Origin: Octopus sinensis
Lineage: Eukaryota
Direction: 5' to 3'
Length of the DNA: 64,000 nucleotides
Assembly (NCBI RefSeq): GCF_006345805.1
Contig: NC_042997.1
Span: 149,482,001 to 149,546,000, forward strand
Of the stretch, positions 24,216-38,949 are shown piece after piece (positions within the stretch are counted from its first letter, which is position 1; every line of letters starts with the position of its first letter). The notes under the pieces were generated by a model. It did no database searches. It was not told where the DNA came from and saw only the letters and a program-made list of their open reading frames with translations. Made by a program: the position numbers and the translations under genes.

Positions 24216-25460
24216 GTTTCAGTTCAAGTAACGCGCTCATGTTGGGTCACCGCCGTTTATTTTGCTACACTTTAACTCAACCACTTCTGATGAGTGACAT
24301 TTGATTGATGAAAGAGTTTGACGTTGTTGCCATCATCTGTGTTTCTTGTCTAGAGGTAGGCTCATCCGGAACACTTGATTGAAGGATATCTAATTTCCTT
24401 TTAAGAAAGCTTACTTCCACACAATGCAGGCCTCTCAGGCATTGGAGGAGGACACCGAAGTGCTGCGTACCCTTGAAGCCCAAGCTGTTACGTATCTGGT
24501 CCTGTATCCTGATGGCAATTTTGGGACCTTAGGTATCATCCAGTATTACTCCGTCCTGCTGTTTGTGTAAGTGACAATGGCAAGGTTTGGAACAAATGAC
24601 TTGCCGACTGACATGCAGCATGGTTTTCGACCAGGCAGAATCCGCCTGATGCAGCTCATGCTGCATGAGCTGCGACAGGCGGCTTCTGCCTGGTCGAAAA
24701 CTATGCTGCATGTCAGTCGGCAAGTCATTCTTTTCAAGGAATGAAATTAATGTCCTTCAGACTATTCGTTCCATGACTTTGCTGATGTCTGAGGTCAGAG
24801 AGATAGGCCTATAGATTTTAACATCTGCTCTGATTCCTCCTTTATAGATAGGATATTCTCTCCTTTAGTTTTTTCAAGCGCTTCCCATTTGTGAGGAAGC
24901 TTTGAAAAAGTAGCTGCAATGGTTTTACAAGGTCTTTTTTGCATGAATTGAGCCGGACTGCTGGGAAATCATCAGAGCCAGCAGCTGAGATTGCATCTAT
25001 ATCATCTATTGCTAGGATTACATAATATTCTTCGATTTTGATGTAATCAATTCTTATAGTCTGCCGTTGAGCTTCTCTCGCGGTAAAGATTTCTACAGGT
25101 TTTCTAATTTGCATGTATTGTGTGGGTGGTGTGAAGACACTTTTGAACTGTTCATTCAGTGTTTCGCTTACACTCATTCTGTTTCCTGTCACGGAGCAAT
25201 AATTTTAGAGGAAGACCCTATACAACAATGCACAGAGGCAGTCTTCTTGGCCTCTCTAAAGAAGGTTTAAGGGTCGAGCACATATTTCTTATGATACAAG
25301 ATTCTCTTTCTGATTTTTCCTTCTCATGGGAGTGCTTCAGATGTTGCTCAATCTCCAGTAGTGCTGGTTGCAGGTGGGGTTTCTCACTGCTGTTGAGTTC
25401 TCTGTTGTGGGGTTTGCAATCTTTGTACGCCGTCTCATAAGAAATTTCTTCTCTCTGGGA
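24215..25460 (-). mobile_element. CR1/L2-clade LINE ORF2 remnant with 3' end
   Basis: LNEQFKSVFT, AAGSDDFPAVRL, KPLQLLFQ, YRPISLTS, QHSFRPGRS, C-terminal VPDEPTSRQE; 3' end GGCGGTGACCCAACATG...ACTGAAACA at 24215-24254. Confidence 0.8.
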
Positions 25461-25637
25461 AACTAGTTTTTATGTGCAGTGGTCCTTCTCTTTGAGACAA
25501 AATTGTAGCATATGGCTTGAATTACATAGAGGGCGAGAGAGACACAAGGGGAGAGAGTAATCAAGAGGAATTGAGAATTTACAAAAATCAATCATAGATT
25601 AAATCGAAGGGTTTAAAAGTACAGAGCCTTATGACAA

Positions 25638-26035
25638 ATGAGTTCAATATGCAAACAAAGAGAGAAACGAAAGGCTGACAGGACAAGTAACACAAAGACC
25701 GACCCTTCATCTCTTTTTGGCTGTGTAACTACTCCTTGTTTCTGGCATTGGAGGAACATTCGCTTTCATTATATGTCTACACTGTTCTGTTTTTGTTTCC
25801 AATTTTGATCCTCCATAAATCCCAAGTTGTTACTTATAGGAGTAACTGTCTTCGAGGACTCATATTGTCGTTCAATGTTCGAAATGAGGATTAAATAAAG
25901 AGCCGACAACTGATGAAGTGTCGTTCTTTGTGTTATTTCTTCTATTTTCCATTTGTTTCTCTTTGTTTGTGTATTAGACTCATTTGTTTTTTTATTTCAT
26001 CTTGTTTACTGTTGGTGATGTCCTGTACCCATATA
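25638..26035 (+). repeat. Non-coding interspersed repeat (pLTR-like) with an old 5' inversion
   Basis: Aligns to ~28560-28850; 25638-25711 is a diverged reverse complement of 25912-25983. Confidence 0.65.
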
Positions 26036-26080
26036 TGCATATGTACGTATATATATATATATAATATATATATATAAAGG

Positions 26081-26140
<60 letters not shown>

Positions 26141-26328
26141 TAGAAATGGTGCAATAGATAACAACTAGAAGTGGATAATTGGTGTTTAAAATCATTCTTA
26201 ATGAATTAGAAACATTTATGTTTATCAAATTGGAGTAATTCACATTTGATAAACAACAATGGATTAGAGGGAAAGAAAGTAGATTGATTTAATGTTTTAT
26301 GTGCTCGTTAGCTCTTTTACTACTCCTT

Positions 26329-26384
<56 letters not shown>

Positions 26385-26389
<5 letters not shown>

Positions 26390-27552
26390 ATATATATAAA
26401 CTAGAATGTGTGTCTGTCTGTCTGTCTGTCTGTGTGTTTCCCTAAAACCTGAGAACTACACAACCAATTTCATTCAAATTTTACACATGCCTTACTTGGG
26501 ATCCGGGGAGTGTCATCCGCAAAAAAAATGTTTTTACTTTTTGCCTAGGGCGAGCCCACAGCAATGTCATATCTTCTCCACTACGATTGCCTAACACTTC
26601 AGATCTACACAACCAATTTCATTCAAATTTTACACATGCCTTACTTAGGGTCCATGTAGTTTCATGGGAAAAAAAATGTTCAACTTCTTGCCTAGAGCGA
26701 GCCCATAGCAATATCATATCTTCTCCACTATTTCAGTATTACGTGTTAAAAGTGAAACAAAAATGTTTCTCTATTTTATGTCAGATACTTTCACTTTAAC
26801 AATGAAAATAATAATAACAATTGAACTATATGTAGTAATAATTAAAATCAAACTAAAGTATAATATAATCGTAACATAACAAAAGTAAAAATAGCAATTG
26901 TATAAAATTGCATCAATGACTTGAACTTGAATAAGTGGTTTCACATGAATGGGAATAAATTAAAAATAAAATTAGCGTGCAGAAATGGAATAGTCCAGAT
27001 GGATAATAAAAAATTGAATTAAAGTAAAGACTATTGTCTATAAAGTATACAATGTAGAGAAAAAAGATTTGAACACATGGAGGAAAGCACCTTCGAAAAA
27101 TGTCTTGGTGCTACTATGACAGATATCTAATCAGGGGCGGTAAATTCGCCACAATAAAAGCAAGGTTCGAGTCAACGGAGCGTTCAAGGGAGTACTCGAC
27201 TCGAACTTGCAAAGCGGAAATATTTTACATTTACCTTTATATCTGGGACGTAGGACGTCCCGAAAAAAAATTTAATGCAAGAAGTAGAGGTAGGCTTGAT
27301 TGTAGCCACACTTCTATACAAGAAGGAGGACAAGATACAATTGATCGAAATTACAAGAGACGGGCTAACAATTCCAGTCTGTTATATATTTTGAGTATCG
27401 TTATCACTAGCGATATCAAGATATAACTTTGTATTTTGTATTTTTTGTGTAGATGTATATATATAGATGTACATGTAATATGTACACATCTATATACATA
27501 TATATACATGCACTAGAACTATAACCCGGCCACGACGGGTCTTTAATGCTAG
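26385..27552 (+). mobile_element. Non-autonomous Helitron with (TGTC)n near the 5' end, apparently complete
   Basis: Inserted between A (26384) and T (27553) in TA arrays; start CCTTTATATATATAAA; 149-bp internal tandem duplication (26456/26605); 3' hairpin ACCCG-GCCACGA-CGGGT (27524-27540) and CTAG (27549-27552). Confidence 0.85.
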
Positions 27553-28182
27553 TATATATATATATATATACTATATCGTACAAATTTTAAATAGCTTCCT
27601 TGGTTTTATACAAGGGCTTCCTTTGAAATTACAGGGACTAAATTAGAAGCCACAAATTAGTGTTACTTATTACTAATAACAACACCAGTTATAACTCCTT
27701 CGGTCAACATCACCGGTCAAATAGCCATTGTCCCCACTTACTGTCAAACGCATTCAATGGAGGAATCTACAAACATGTGGAATTATACAAGTCACTAAAA
27801 TGTAAGACTTCAGCTCTAACGAACTCTTTTTTTCTTTTTTTTTTTCGTCGCCCTTCTTTCACCTTCAATCATTCTGAAAGTTTTTATTAAATATAACGAA
27901 ATAATTGTAAATTTACTCCACTTTGATAAACAGAAACAGCTGTAAATGTTCAAAATTCAATTAAATAATGACTTTTAAACACCAATGATCCACTTCTCAT
28001 TGTTATTTATTCCTCCATTTCTTAATTTCTCTCTATATATAATAAACCACGGTTTTACCGCGAAATTACCTACTACCCTATACTTTATTAAGAGGATTAT
28101 ACATAGTGAGGTAATAGACCAGGAGTGCCTACGAATACATCTATCCCTTAGATAGTTGAATAAACTCTAACAAATATCTTGC

Positions 28183-28228
<46 letters not shown>

Positions 28229-28264
28229 TATTATTTATATATTATTTATATAAATATTTGACTG

Positions 28265-28850
28265 AACACCACACATCCATTTCCAAGTTAGTTTAATCTT
28301 AATATTTTTTGATTCAACTCTGTCTATATTGTATTCTCCCTATCGTTTTATATCTGTCTCCCCTCTTTCTCCCTTTCTCTCTCTCTCGTTACTCAAACTC
28401 AAACGTGACCATCATTCATCTTTCTTTTCCTCACGTGATCATCTTTCTTTTCTTTCGGGACTGAACATATCCTACCTCTCTTTTCTATCTTTTCTCTTGT
28501 CAAAGGAAATATTTCTCCAGAGTTCGCTATTTTACCTTCTTTGTGGTCTAACGAACCTCTATGTTTGTGTTCGTTCACCACTGTCCTGTTTTTGTTCACA
28601 AATTTGACCCTCCATAAATGCCAAATATTATTTTGGTATCTAAGGGAGCAATTGTATTCGAAGATTCATATTATCGTACAGTGCTCGAAATGCGGAGTAG
28701 ACAGAGAAGCCGACAACTGATGAAGTGTCGTTGCTTGTGCTACTTGTCCTGTGTGTCATTTGTTTCACTCGTTCTTTGCGAATTGAACTCATTTCTTTCA
28801 GTATTTCATGTTGCTTATGTTGGTGACGTCCTGTACCCATATATGCATAT
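28265..28850 (+). repeat. CT-rich pLTR-like interspersed repeat
   Basis: 5' part resembles 19320-19640 (CATCCATTTCCAAGT, ACGTGATCATC); 3' part resembles 25780-26035. Confidence 0.65.
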
Positions 28851-28926
28851 GTGTATATATATATATATCCGTGTATATGTGCACGCATATGAATACATAT
28901 ATGTAGATATGTACACACTCACAAAA

Positions 28927-28964
<38 letters not shown>

Positions 28965-29322
28965 TTATATACAAGAACCTTTGAGAGAACCGATGTGACA
29001 GGCGGAGAGGGAGGCAATGTATAGAAAAATAAGATGAGGGAGATATTTATATTTGTTAAAATATTGATGAGTATATTCTAGAAAATTCCACTCAATGAAT
29101 AAATGTCTGAGAAAATGGATGAGATTAAAAAGGAAATAAATAGAAAAAGTAAAACAATAAATGATAGACTGATTGAGAATTTGAGAGAAAGGATGAGACT
29201 ACGGGAATTCGCGAAATGAAAAGATGGTGAGTGAAACTAAGCAAAAATGAGGCAAATTTAGAAGGCAGACATGCACACATGTCTACATGTGTGTGCGTGT
29301 GTGTATGTATATGTATGTATAA

Positions 29323-29422
<100 letters not shown>

Positions 29423-29449
29423 CATATACATACACACACACACACATAT

Positions 29450-29491
<42 letters not shown>

Positions 29492-30386
29492 TATACACAT
29501 ACATGCATAAATCTATGTATACATATAAATATATATATGAGCTTATGACTGAACGTATACAAAGATACTGAGATTGACAGTGACTAATTTAGATGAAATA
29601 AAAAGAGATGACAAGTCAGGAAGATTAAAACATAATAATATATTGATGTAAGAAGTTACACATTTTTTTATTTGTTAATTTTTCCTTAATTTAGACAACA
29701 CTTTGTAAGGGTAAATTTAGCATTATGATATATGTACGTAACACTTGCGTGTCTCTCTCTCCCTTTCCATATAACTTTATATATATACACACACACTGAA
29801 ATATGTTTATTCACAAATAAACATATATACACACATATAAATATATACATATATATATATATATATATTGATGTATATATGTATTTGTCTCTCTATATAC
29901 TTTATTCTTTGTGTGCATACACTAACATACATTGATAGATAGATTTAGATAGAGAGATAGAGAGAGAAAAATATATCTATATAAACATACAGATGAATAT
30001 AGATATATGTGCATATATTTATACTTATCTATATGTTTATATACATATATTTATCTATCTGTATCTCTCTCTGTATCTCAATTTATCTACCTATCTATAC
30101 ATTTTTATATATGTATATATGTATGTATGTATGTATATATACTAAAAATAAATGTATGGGTCCCTCAATTATAACATTATCTGGGCCATCACGGACGCTC
30201 TTCCTACCTCTTACTATGATCTCCTGATTTATGCAAGTAACTAGCAGCATTTGCTCTATATATCTCAAATGATACTTTATGTTGCTTAACCACCGTGAGG
30301 CTTCCATTGCGAACAATATATTACGTCATGTTCACTTCAGACAAATAAATCAGTTTGTCAACTTGTGGTTTCTAATGTAGCTATAT

Positions 30387-30436
<50 letters not shown>

Positions 30437-33400
30437 GTACACGTAAAATCCCCTTAAGTTAGCGGTTCATCAAAACAAACGGATTGAATGAGTGCCAAGT
30501 TTCAAAAATAAGGACTGAAAGCGATTATATTCGAATAACTCCTGTAGTTTGTGCCCTAACATGGTCGGAGGCTAATGACTGAATCAAGGGAATAGAAGAA
30601 GATAATAATATATGTGTTTACATGTGTGTATATGTGCATATGTTTTTGTCCCTTGACGAGTTTGTATGACTGTCTACTGTTCCGTGTTGGTAAGATGAAC
30701 AAAAGAATTTCTCCATCTGCTGAGAAATGAAGAATATTCAATAAACACAGTAGATATATTTTATGATTCACTATTAGTTTCATGTGAAGAAAACAACTCA
30801 GACACCATTTTATAACACACCTTCACACGATCTTCAAACTCTGCCTATATGACATAACGATTTTGTTATTCTAGGCGGGCAGAACTTGACGATTGTATGA
30901 AGGCACCAGACCTGTTATAAAATGTTGTATGAGTTGTTTTCATCGCTTGAAACTATTAGTAGATCATAAAAAAATGCATACTGAGTTTGGGTGCATCATC
31001 TAACCCAAAGTTCATATTCTACTGGCTTAATCCTACGACTTCATTTGCCCTGATGCCTATACTGTCATAACTATGATATTGGAAGGCTGTTCGTGATCTG
31101 AAATATTCATAAACTATTTCTCCCATAGGAATTCAAGGAACTGCAGAGCTAATTCGAGTTTGGATATACTCAGAGCAAAAACTAGACAAATACTCTGCTG
31201 CTTATCCTCCTAGCTTGTCGCCAGCCGTTCTTGCTAACTAGCGTGTTTGTTATTCAAGATATTTATTATTCGTGGCCCGTGACGTTATATGTTCGGAAAA
31301 TTCGTCGTAAACCAATTTGTGCCTCTGTGTATAAACACAACCCGATTTTAGCTTGCCATTTTGCTGCCTTCATTTTGAAACTTTTTATATTCCATTTTCT
31401 TTGTCGTGGTACGGAACTGTCCGAGGATTTCATTTTCATATAGAAAGCAACAGAAATAGATTGTAAATTCAATTTCTCAAACGAGGCGAGGAATTTGAAA
31501 CTACTGGCTGGAACGTTTGTTACATTGTGAGATTGTTTCTTTTCTATTACGTGTGCTTAGATGGAGTATACGTCTGTTTATAAGAATACATGTGCTTGTA
31601 CATATATATATATATGTATCACGATATTTGTTTAGGTATATTTCTAAAATTTAACTTCATTTTGTTTTACACGTGAACAGTATTTGTATCGTATGCACAA
31701 TCATATACAACAATGAACCAAATATATTTTTTTCGACGTTTTCTTTTGACTTGCTTAAATCTTGTTATATTTTCTTGTTTGTTCTCCCTTCCTCGCAGGA
31801 TATTTAGTAATTATTGATCTGTTTTAGCTGTCAATCAATAGATATTTTAATGCGACAAATGAAATTGTCCTGCCAATCTTGCTATAATAAATCAATTTAT
31901 ATAGCTTTGTTCGTATATAATGTAAAAAGAAAACACGAATACAGGAATATCTAAAGGAGTTACTATTGTATAAAGCATAATGGCAAACGAATGGAGGTAG
32001 TGAAATTCAATCCGTTCTAAATATGTCTGCCTTTATATAGTGGCTGTGAATAATATAAACCAACTCAAGGACTCGAAATAATTAACGCCTTAAGTGATTC
32101 GCATTTCTCACTATTACATTTCCGTTCAATTGTGCAAAGACACAAGAGCGCTGTGCTAGATATATAATCAGTTGAAACGCCAGTTTATATAGCTGTTGCC
32201 TATTTACTCCATTATTTCTATCTCTTATCCTAGGACCTTGAAACTATGTCAAGTCGCTTACATTCAAAATGTTCTCTCACTACGATAACAATAATTAGAT
32301 ATCTCAAAACAACCTGACTCCCACCACCACAATTTCTCATTTTGTGTTTCATTTGCTGGGTGTCCGTAATTGTTTTCAAATCAATAAGAAAGCCTATATA
32401 TTGTTATTGGATTTCCTGAATGAAACAAAACGTTCCCATACAATTCGTTGTCTTAATATATATAAAAATATATCAGGTTTGTTAACACGGGTCTGTTTTA
32501 TCTGGGATGAACTGCATTTACAGAGAAATAACCTTTTCTGATTACAAAGACGATCATCAATTTTTCGAGTGTCTCCCGTTCCACGTTCGAGATACCAATT
32601 ATATTTTATATCTAAAGTCGTCATCCTTAGGGACTTCAATGCTTCCCTTGTGTTAAAAGGCATCTATATATACCATCATAAAATATTGAATTATAAACAA
32701 TGCGCGCCCATTTGTATATGCAACTACTCTCCTATTTCACATTACAGATACGCTCCAAAGATTTTGTTCTATTCTTTACATTCCTTACTAGTTTTATTCT
32801 TGTCATCGCTCTCTAAGTTCTAAACAGACCATATCAATCGATCTTTCTATCACAAAACCTTCTGCTTCCCTATCTTTTTCGACCAGTCGATTGTCAAACC
32901 TGCTTCAATCATAACGTTTCTAACATAGAATGTGATAATAAAGTAAATCTTTCAACTTATGTACTATGATTTTCTCATTCAACCGAAGAATATTAGTCAA
33001 CTACCCCAAATGTTTATGTCTGGCATCCGATATAATACGAAGCATGATTATATACTCCTCTTATTTCTCTGTGATCAATTTCATGCCGGATATCCAGCAG
33101 GAAGGCAAGTTGTGCATAAAAACGTTAATAGAAGCCACACAGAAAGACATGCTGTCAGAGAGTTTTGATAAATTATTATTTAAATCGGCTGAATGATTCC
33201 ACAATATAATGCAGAGAGGAAATCTGTGAAAATGGGTCAAAGTAGTTTGCAAATACCCTCTAACTACATATAATTGAATAACAGAAGTTACTTCGAATCA
33301 TACAAATGTTTTATCAACAAACTATCAACTAAATAATTGCTTGACAACTGTTGAGATCTTGTGCCCTCTCCGTAGAATGTACAACGCTACTAAACCACCA

Positions 33401-35057
33401 GAGTTTTATAAATCTTGACCAAGGAAATGATCGAAAGTCGTCTTTGCTAACTGTGGCGCAAGATATAAGAAAAGTAACAATACTAAAAGTATGAATTATC
33501 ACATATGGAAGCACAGTATCAGTTATTTACTCTTATATGGACGATGTCTAAGTCCACTAGCTCATAAAATAAAGTAATCATTCTTGGTCCAATGCAAACG
33601 CTATTTATATTCGAGATTGGATTTTAATTAATGCAATTTTTACCCAACATATACACTATAAAACAGAGCGGGAACGCACTGTAAAAACCATCTTCTCGGA
33701 GACAATAACGTATATTCGTTTTTGTTTCCCCTTATAATTTTACTGAGCATACATTCAGTTTTGTGTTCTAACTAGTGAGAACCCCATAAGCAAGTCTGAA
33801 ACAGGCTCATTAACAGGCTATCTCACTTTGCTTGACGTTTAATTCACTAACTTTTGTTTAGATGACGCGACATTTACCCATTAAGGTTAACTGCTGGAAG
33901 TTCAATTTTGAAGACGCATTTCGACGTGAACAAGTTCGAATTTGCATATTTAAGATTCTTTTATTATCCACAATAGTAGGCTGACATATATTATGTAGCA
34001 CCAGATTTATGAGATGTTTACTAATTGTAACACTCTCTGATTTATATCATTAGTTTTATTTTTCTCTTTGGTAATTCGGAGTAGTTTACTATAGCCAATA
34101 GAATATAGCGTTTGTTCTTGATGTCTTTACTGCCAGTCCATTCCTGTTTGTATAGATGTTGTATTAGTAGTAGTTACTGTTAACGCCAGTATATCAACTT
34201 AAATGCGTTTAACGTAGACATTTGGTGTTGTGTTATTGTACTATAACTGGCGATTGAAGTGAAGGTATTGCTTGGAATTGAGATTGCATAAATATATAAT
34301 AGGGATATATCACAGAATAATATAGCGACAAAAGTATAGCGATATGGTTCTCAGGCATTGTATCTTGTAGAAGGGTGGCTAGATAGTCACAAACTTTTAG
34401 AAAATATATACCATGGTTTTAGAAAAATGATCGGATCTATTCCATCTCAATCACAGATTTTTAATTAAATTTTTAAACTAAAGTTTCTAACTTCGAATAC
34501 TAGTAGAATTTCTTACGTAGAACACGGTTTACTTTGAACGTTTTTGACAAAATTTCGTAGTTTAGAAGTTATTTCGTGTTAAAGTTGTTCCGCTTCGAAT
34601 AGTATCGCAAACAGCAGTAGCTGTCTTCAAACGAATACACGTCGTTGATTGGTTGAAATTACTCAAATACGACAGCTTTAACACGAAATAAATTTTAAAA
34701 TACAAAATTTTACCAGTATTAGAAGATTCAAACAGTTTAGTTAAAAAAATTAATTTAAAAATCTGATTGTAATGGAATAGATTCAAATTCTCTCATGTTT
34801 TCGCCTCATGAGAAATGGTTATCCGTAATCCTGTTATAGACAAATAATAAAATATTATAAATATTGTTTTCTAAAATTTTGATGTTAAATAATTTTTTTA
34901 ATTTCCTGATACAGTCGGGCAACAAATTTTGTTTCATGGCGTAAACCAGCAATTAATTTGTTTTCTTCAACGTACAGTGGAAGACCAATAGAAAACAAAA
35001 ATAACATCGAAACTCACTGTTCTCAGTATATATGTATGTGTGTATATATGTATGCAA

Positions 35058-35118
<61 letters not shown>

Positions 35119-35132
35119 CATCCATCTATCTA

Positions 35133-35177
<45 letters not shown>

Positions 35178-35623
35178 GTGGCTACAGTTAATGACATTAT
35201 GAAAGACTGCAAGATGAAGGTATAATACCGATACCTCATCTACTTATATTTAGCTGATGGCATTGCTTAAAAAATCCTGCAAATATAGATATGCGCAAAT
35301 TCTGTGAATCAATAAATTCAAAATAAGAGTGAGTCCTTCAGATGGATAGAAAAATTATGGATAGAAACCCATTTCAAAATTTCAGAATAGACGTTTACAA
35401 CTGGCTCAGACGTCGACCTGCTAGGCATTAAGCACTTATTGGGTAGAATATTTTGGGAAGAATTAAGAATTAAGAATGGAAAAAAACATAATGCATAGAA
35501 GCGTACTCGGTTTGGCAGTGAGAGATCTCAGTAGTTTACAGTATGGACACTCTGGAGTTATCGCTTTGTCACCATTTGTATAATTTATTATCCGATACTA
35601 CATAACCACTGCTTCAATTACAG

Positions 35624-35727
35624 GGTCTCAAGATAAAACATGAGTCAGAGTTTGAAGCATACAGAACTCAGAGAAAAAGGTCGTTTGTAACTGTGACGCG
35701 TTACGTAACTGCTCCCCTGCTTAAGAG
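35624..35727 (+). CDS. Weak candidate 104-nt exon (GLKIKHESEFEAYRTQRKRSFVTVTRYVTAPLLK..); product unknown
   Basis: CTTCAATTACAG acceptor, AG|GTAATT donor, single open frame; no homolog recognised. Confidence 0.25.
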
Positions 35728-37786
35728 GTAATTAGGTCCTGTGTTTCGTGTGTCAGCTAAGGAGAGAAGGCGACTGGCAGAGTATTGTGTGTATACGCAG
35801 GTAAAAGAGAAGAGGGAAACACCGCTGTATTTGCTTTTACGGAAAATGATTAATATCCTGAATATAACGTGTAGCCCTATGATCACTGACATCTATAGAC
35901 AAGGCATATGAATGGACATACATTGCGAAGCCGACACATATACACACAATCAGGCACACAAACCTACTCAAATGTGTTCACACGCATACATACGTGAATA
36001 CATATGTAGCTCTAACTGTGTGTAGGTGTTTTTCATTCAATAACCTTCCACCTGTAAAGTTTGAGCATATGTATGCATATAGTGAATCTGTGAGTAAATC
36101 TATTATTTTCTAAGAATGTTCTATTACGAGTATATTCTTATCACTGAATTGAAGTGCACATTTATAACTGCATGTGTCCAACTTCAGCAATATCCATTTG
36201 TATATTCAGCTGCGTTTGTGTACGTTGAAGTATCAACGTAATAGTTTGTATAGGTATTTCATAGCGTAAGCGAGCGCACACACGGACACACAAATACACC
36301 TACGGATACATGTGTGTATGCATGTATGCATGTATGTACGAATATATACATATATACATATATCAGTTTTAGAATGTATATGCGTAGGTTTGTGAATATA
36401 TTTCATACATTCCCCTAGGAGTGATGTTGTATTGTCTGCATGAAAGTGGTCTCTTTTAATAAACAAGAAACAAATGATATTCAAAATCAATTTTTAAAAC
36501 AACAGGATATATGAGGAAATAGAAAACAGACTTAACATCATCTAAAATGGCAGATTGAAATTTTTTGTTTATGTATTTGCTTGTCTGTGAATATATACAT
36601 ATATATATACTTTATATACATAAGTATACGTATGTATATACATATTGTGTTCGTCTGTTGCAGTCTGACCACCTCTTGTTTCTACACATTAGATCCATCA
36701 TGGATATATATATATATATATATAGTCACATACACACACATATATATATATATATATATACACATATATATAGGTACTTAGTCTCTCCTCTCGTTCCCCT
36801 CCCTTTCTCCCTCTCACCCCCTCTCTTTACCTTTCTCTCTATCTCTCTCTAAGTATACATATGTATGTATGTATGTTCGTATGTATGTATGTATGAATGT
36901 GTGTATGTATGTATGTATGTATGTACGTATGTATGTATGTATGTATGTATGTATGCAAATATCTATGCATTATCTATTTACTGTCATACTCAATAAAGTT
37001 TAGTCGAAACTTTCTTTTTTGTAAATACACTTTCAATTGCATATTTATGATCATTTTACTTCTTTATCATTTTATTTGTTATATTCTTTTTATTTATCAT
37101 TAATTTTTTTTTTTGGAAATATCCGTCTACGTAGAAAACTCATTAACATATACGCGTTATTGTTTATTTTTCTGGTATAAACCTTTTTCACTATCAGTTG
37201 CCTCTCTTGTTGCATGGTTCTGCTAGAAATTCTCGATTTTCCCTATCAGCATAGCGTCTATATTTCACACTGACACAATAAATTATATAATATCAGATAT
37301 TCATACATGTATGTATGTTGTGTGTATGTATGCCATTGGTCAGTTTTCTTTCAAGATTTCTTGGCAAGAGAGAAAGGGCCGGTTCTAACCTAGATCCAAT
37401 GCTCCTTCATTGGAATTTCAACATCAACAGGATATTTTGTTTATACGTATGTATGTATATAGACAGATTTGTATGTTTCGTATTATGTATGTATTCTTAC
37501 GCATGTAGTTGCATATCTAGACATGCTCATATATTTATATAATATGTATGTACGTATGTTTGTATGTATGTGTGTAGTTATGCACGCATGCATGTATGTA
37601 TGCATTATATATTTAAATATATATATATGTATGTATAGAGTAGATTATTTTTGCAATCAATAGAATATAGTCCTTAGTATAAATACAAGCTTGCAACCAT
37701 TTCGAATTTACTTCAAGCATATTCGAACATGTAAGGAAGACGTTGATTGTATTTTGTCACATAATCTTTATTTTTGTCATGTTTAT

Positions 37787-37840
<54 letters not shown>

Positions 37841-37865
37841 TTATACACACACACACACACACACA

Positions 37866-37903
<38 letters not shown>

Positions 37904-37904
37904 G

Positions 37905-37935
<31 letters not shown>

Positions 37936-37939
37936 TTAT

Positions 37940-38052
<113 letters not shown>

Positions 38053-38949
38053 ATTTTCTTTTTGTTATTGTTTATCGAAAGTCAAAATTACTGTCGATTA
38101 TACTAGCTAGAAAACTCTTCTATCAAAACGATGAGGGCTGTCTATGTGACTCGAACCCACATCTTCTGAAGATAGACATGACAAGTTTTCTAAAAATTGG
38201 AGAAAAGTGTTCCTTTGATTGACGATATTCATTTTAGTAATTTGTTTTGTGCATGAATGTCTTCCGAAGTAGCACAAATCTGTAAAGAAATAACTCCATT
38301 GTGGAAGATCAACTTAGAAAGAAGATTGTACTGGTTGAAAAGTGTGGAGCAAGCGAACCTCGAATCATGGAGATGTTGCATTCGGTGAGACACACAGCAA
38401 CTCTTTCTATAAATCCTAGATGTGTATAAAATGTTATTCATACATCTGTTACCAGCGATGTTGTTCTTTATCCACGGATTGCTCTACTGACGAAGATGTA
38501 CCGACTACCATGTTTATGAAAGCGAACATTCCTTTGGAAATGATACCAATCTTAAGTTTTGAAATACCATGAGCAATCTAACAGAAATACCTTTCTAGTG
38601 GATCTGAAACTTAATGTTCAACTTGGTTTCTACTGGTTTTTTGTAGCTGCACTTGCATTTGATGATACCCGTTCGCCCATTAGCTATTCGAGTGAAGCAG
38701 GCATGGTTTTTCGACAAGCCATATTTCTTGGCTGTGTGTTCTGTTTTATTGGTTGATAATCTTTAATCGTTCGTTAGGTTGTATACCTTCGGGCTGTTAT
38801 GTAGACTGTTCTGGTGTTGTTAGTTTCATTGATTTGAAAGTGATTTACGGAGAATGTGTGCAATACCTTGCTGTATTATATTGCGTATGTTATATATATT
38901 CGTAAGTTCTAGTATTTTGGTTACTTATTTGTAGCTACACTTTTTAGCA

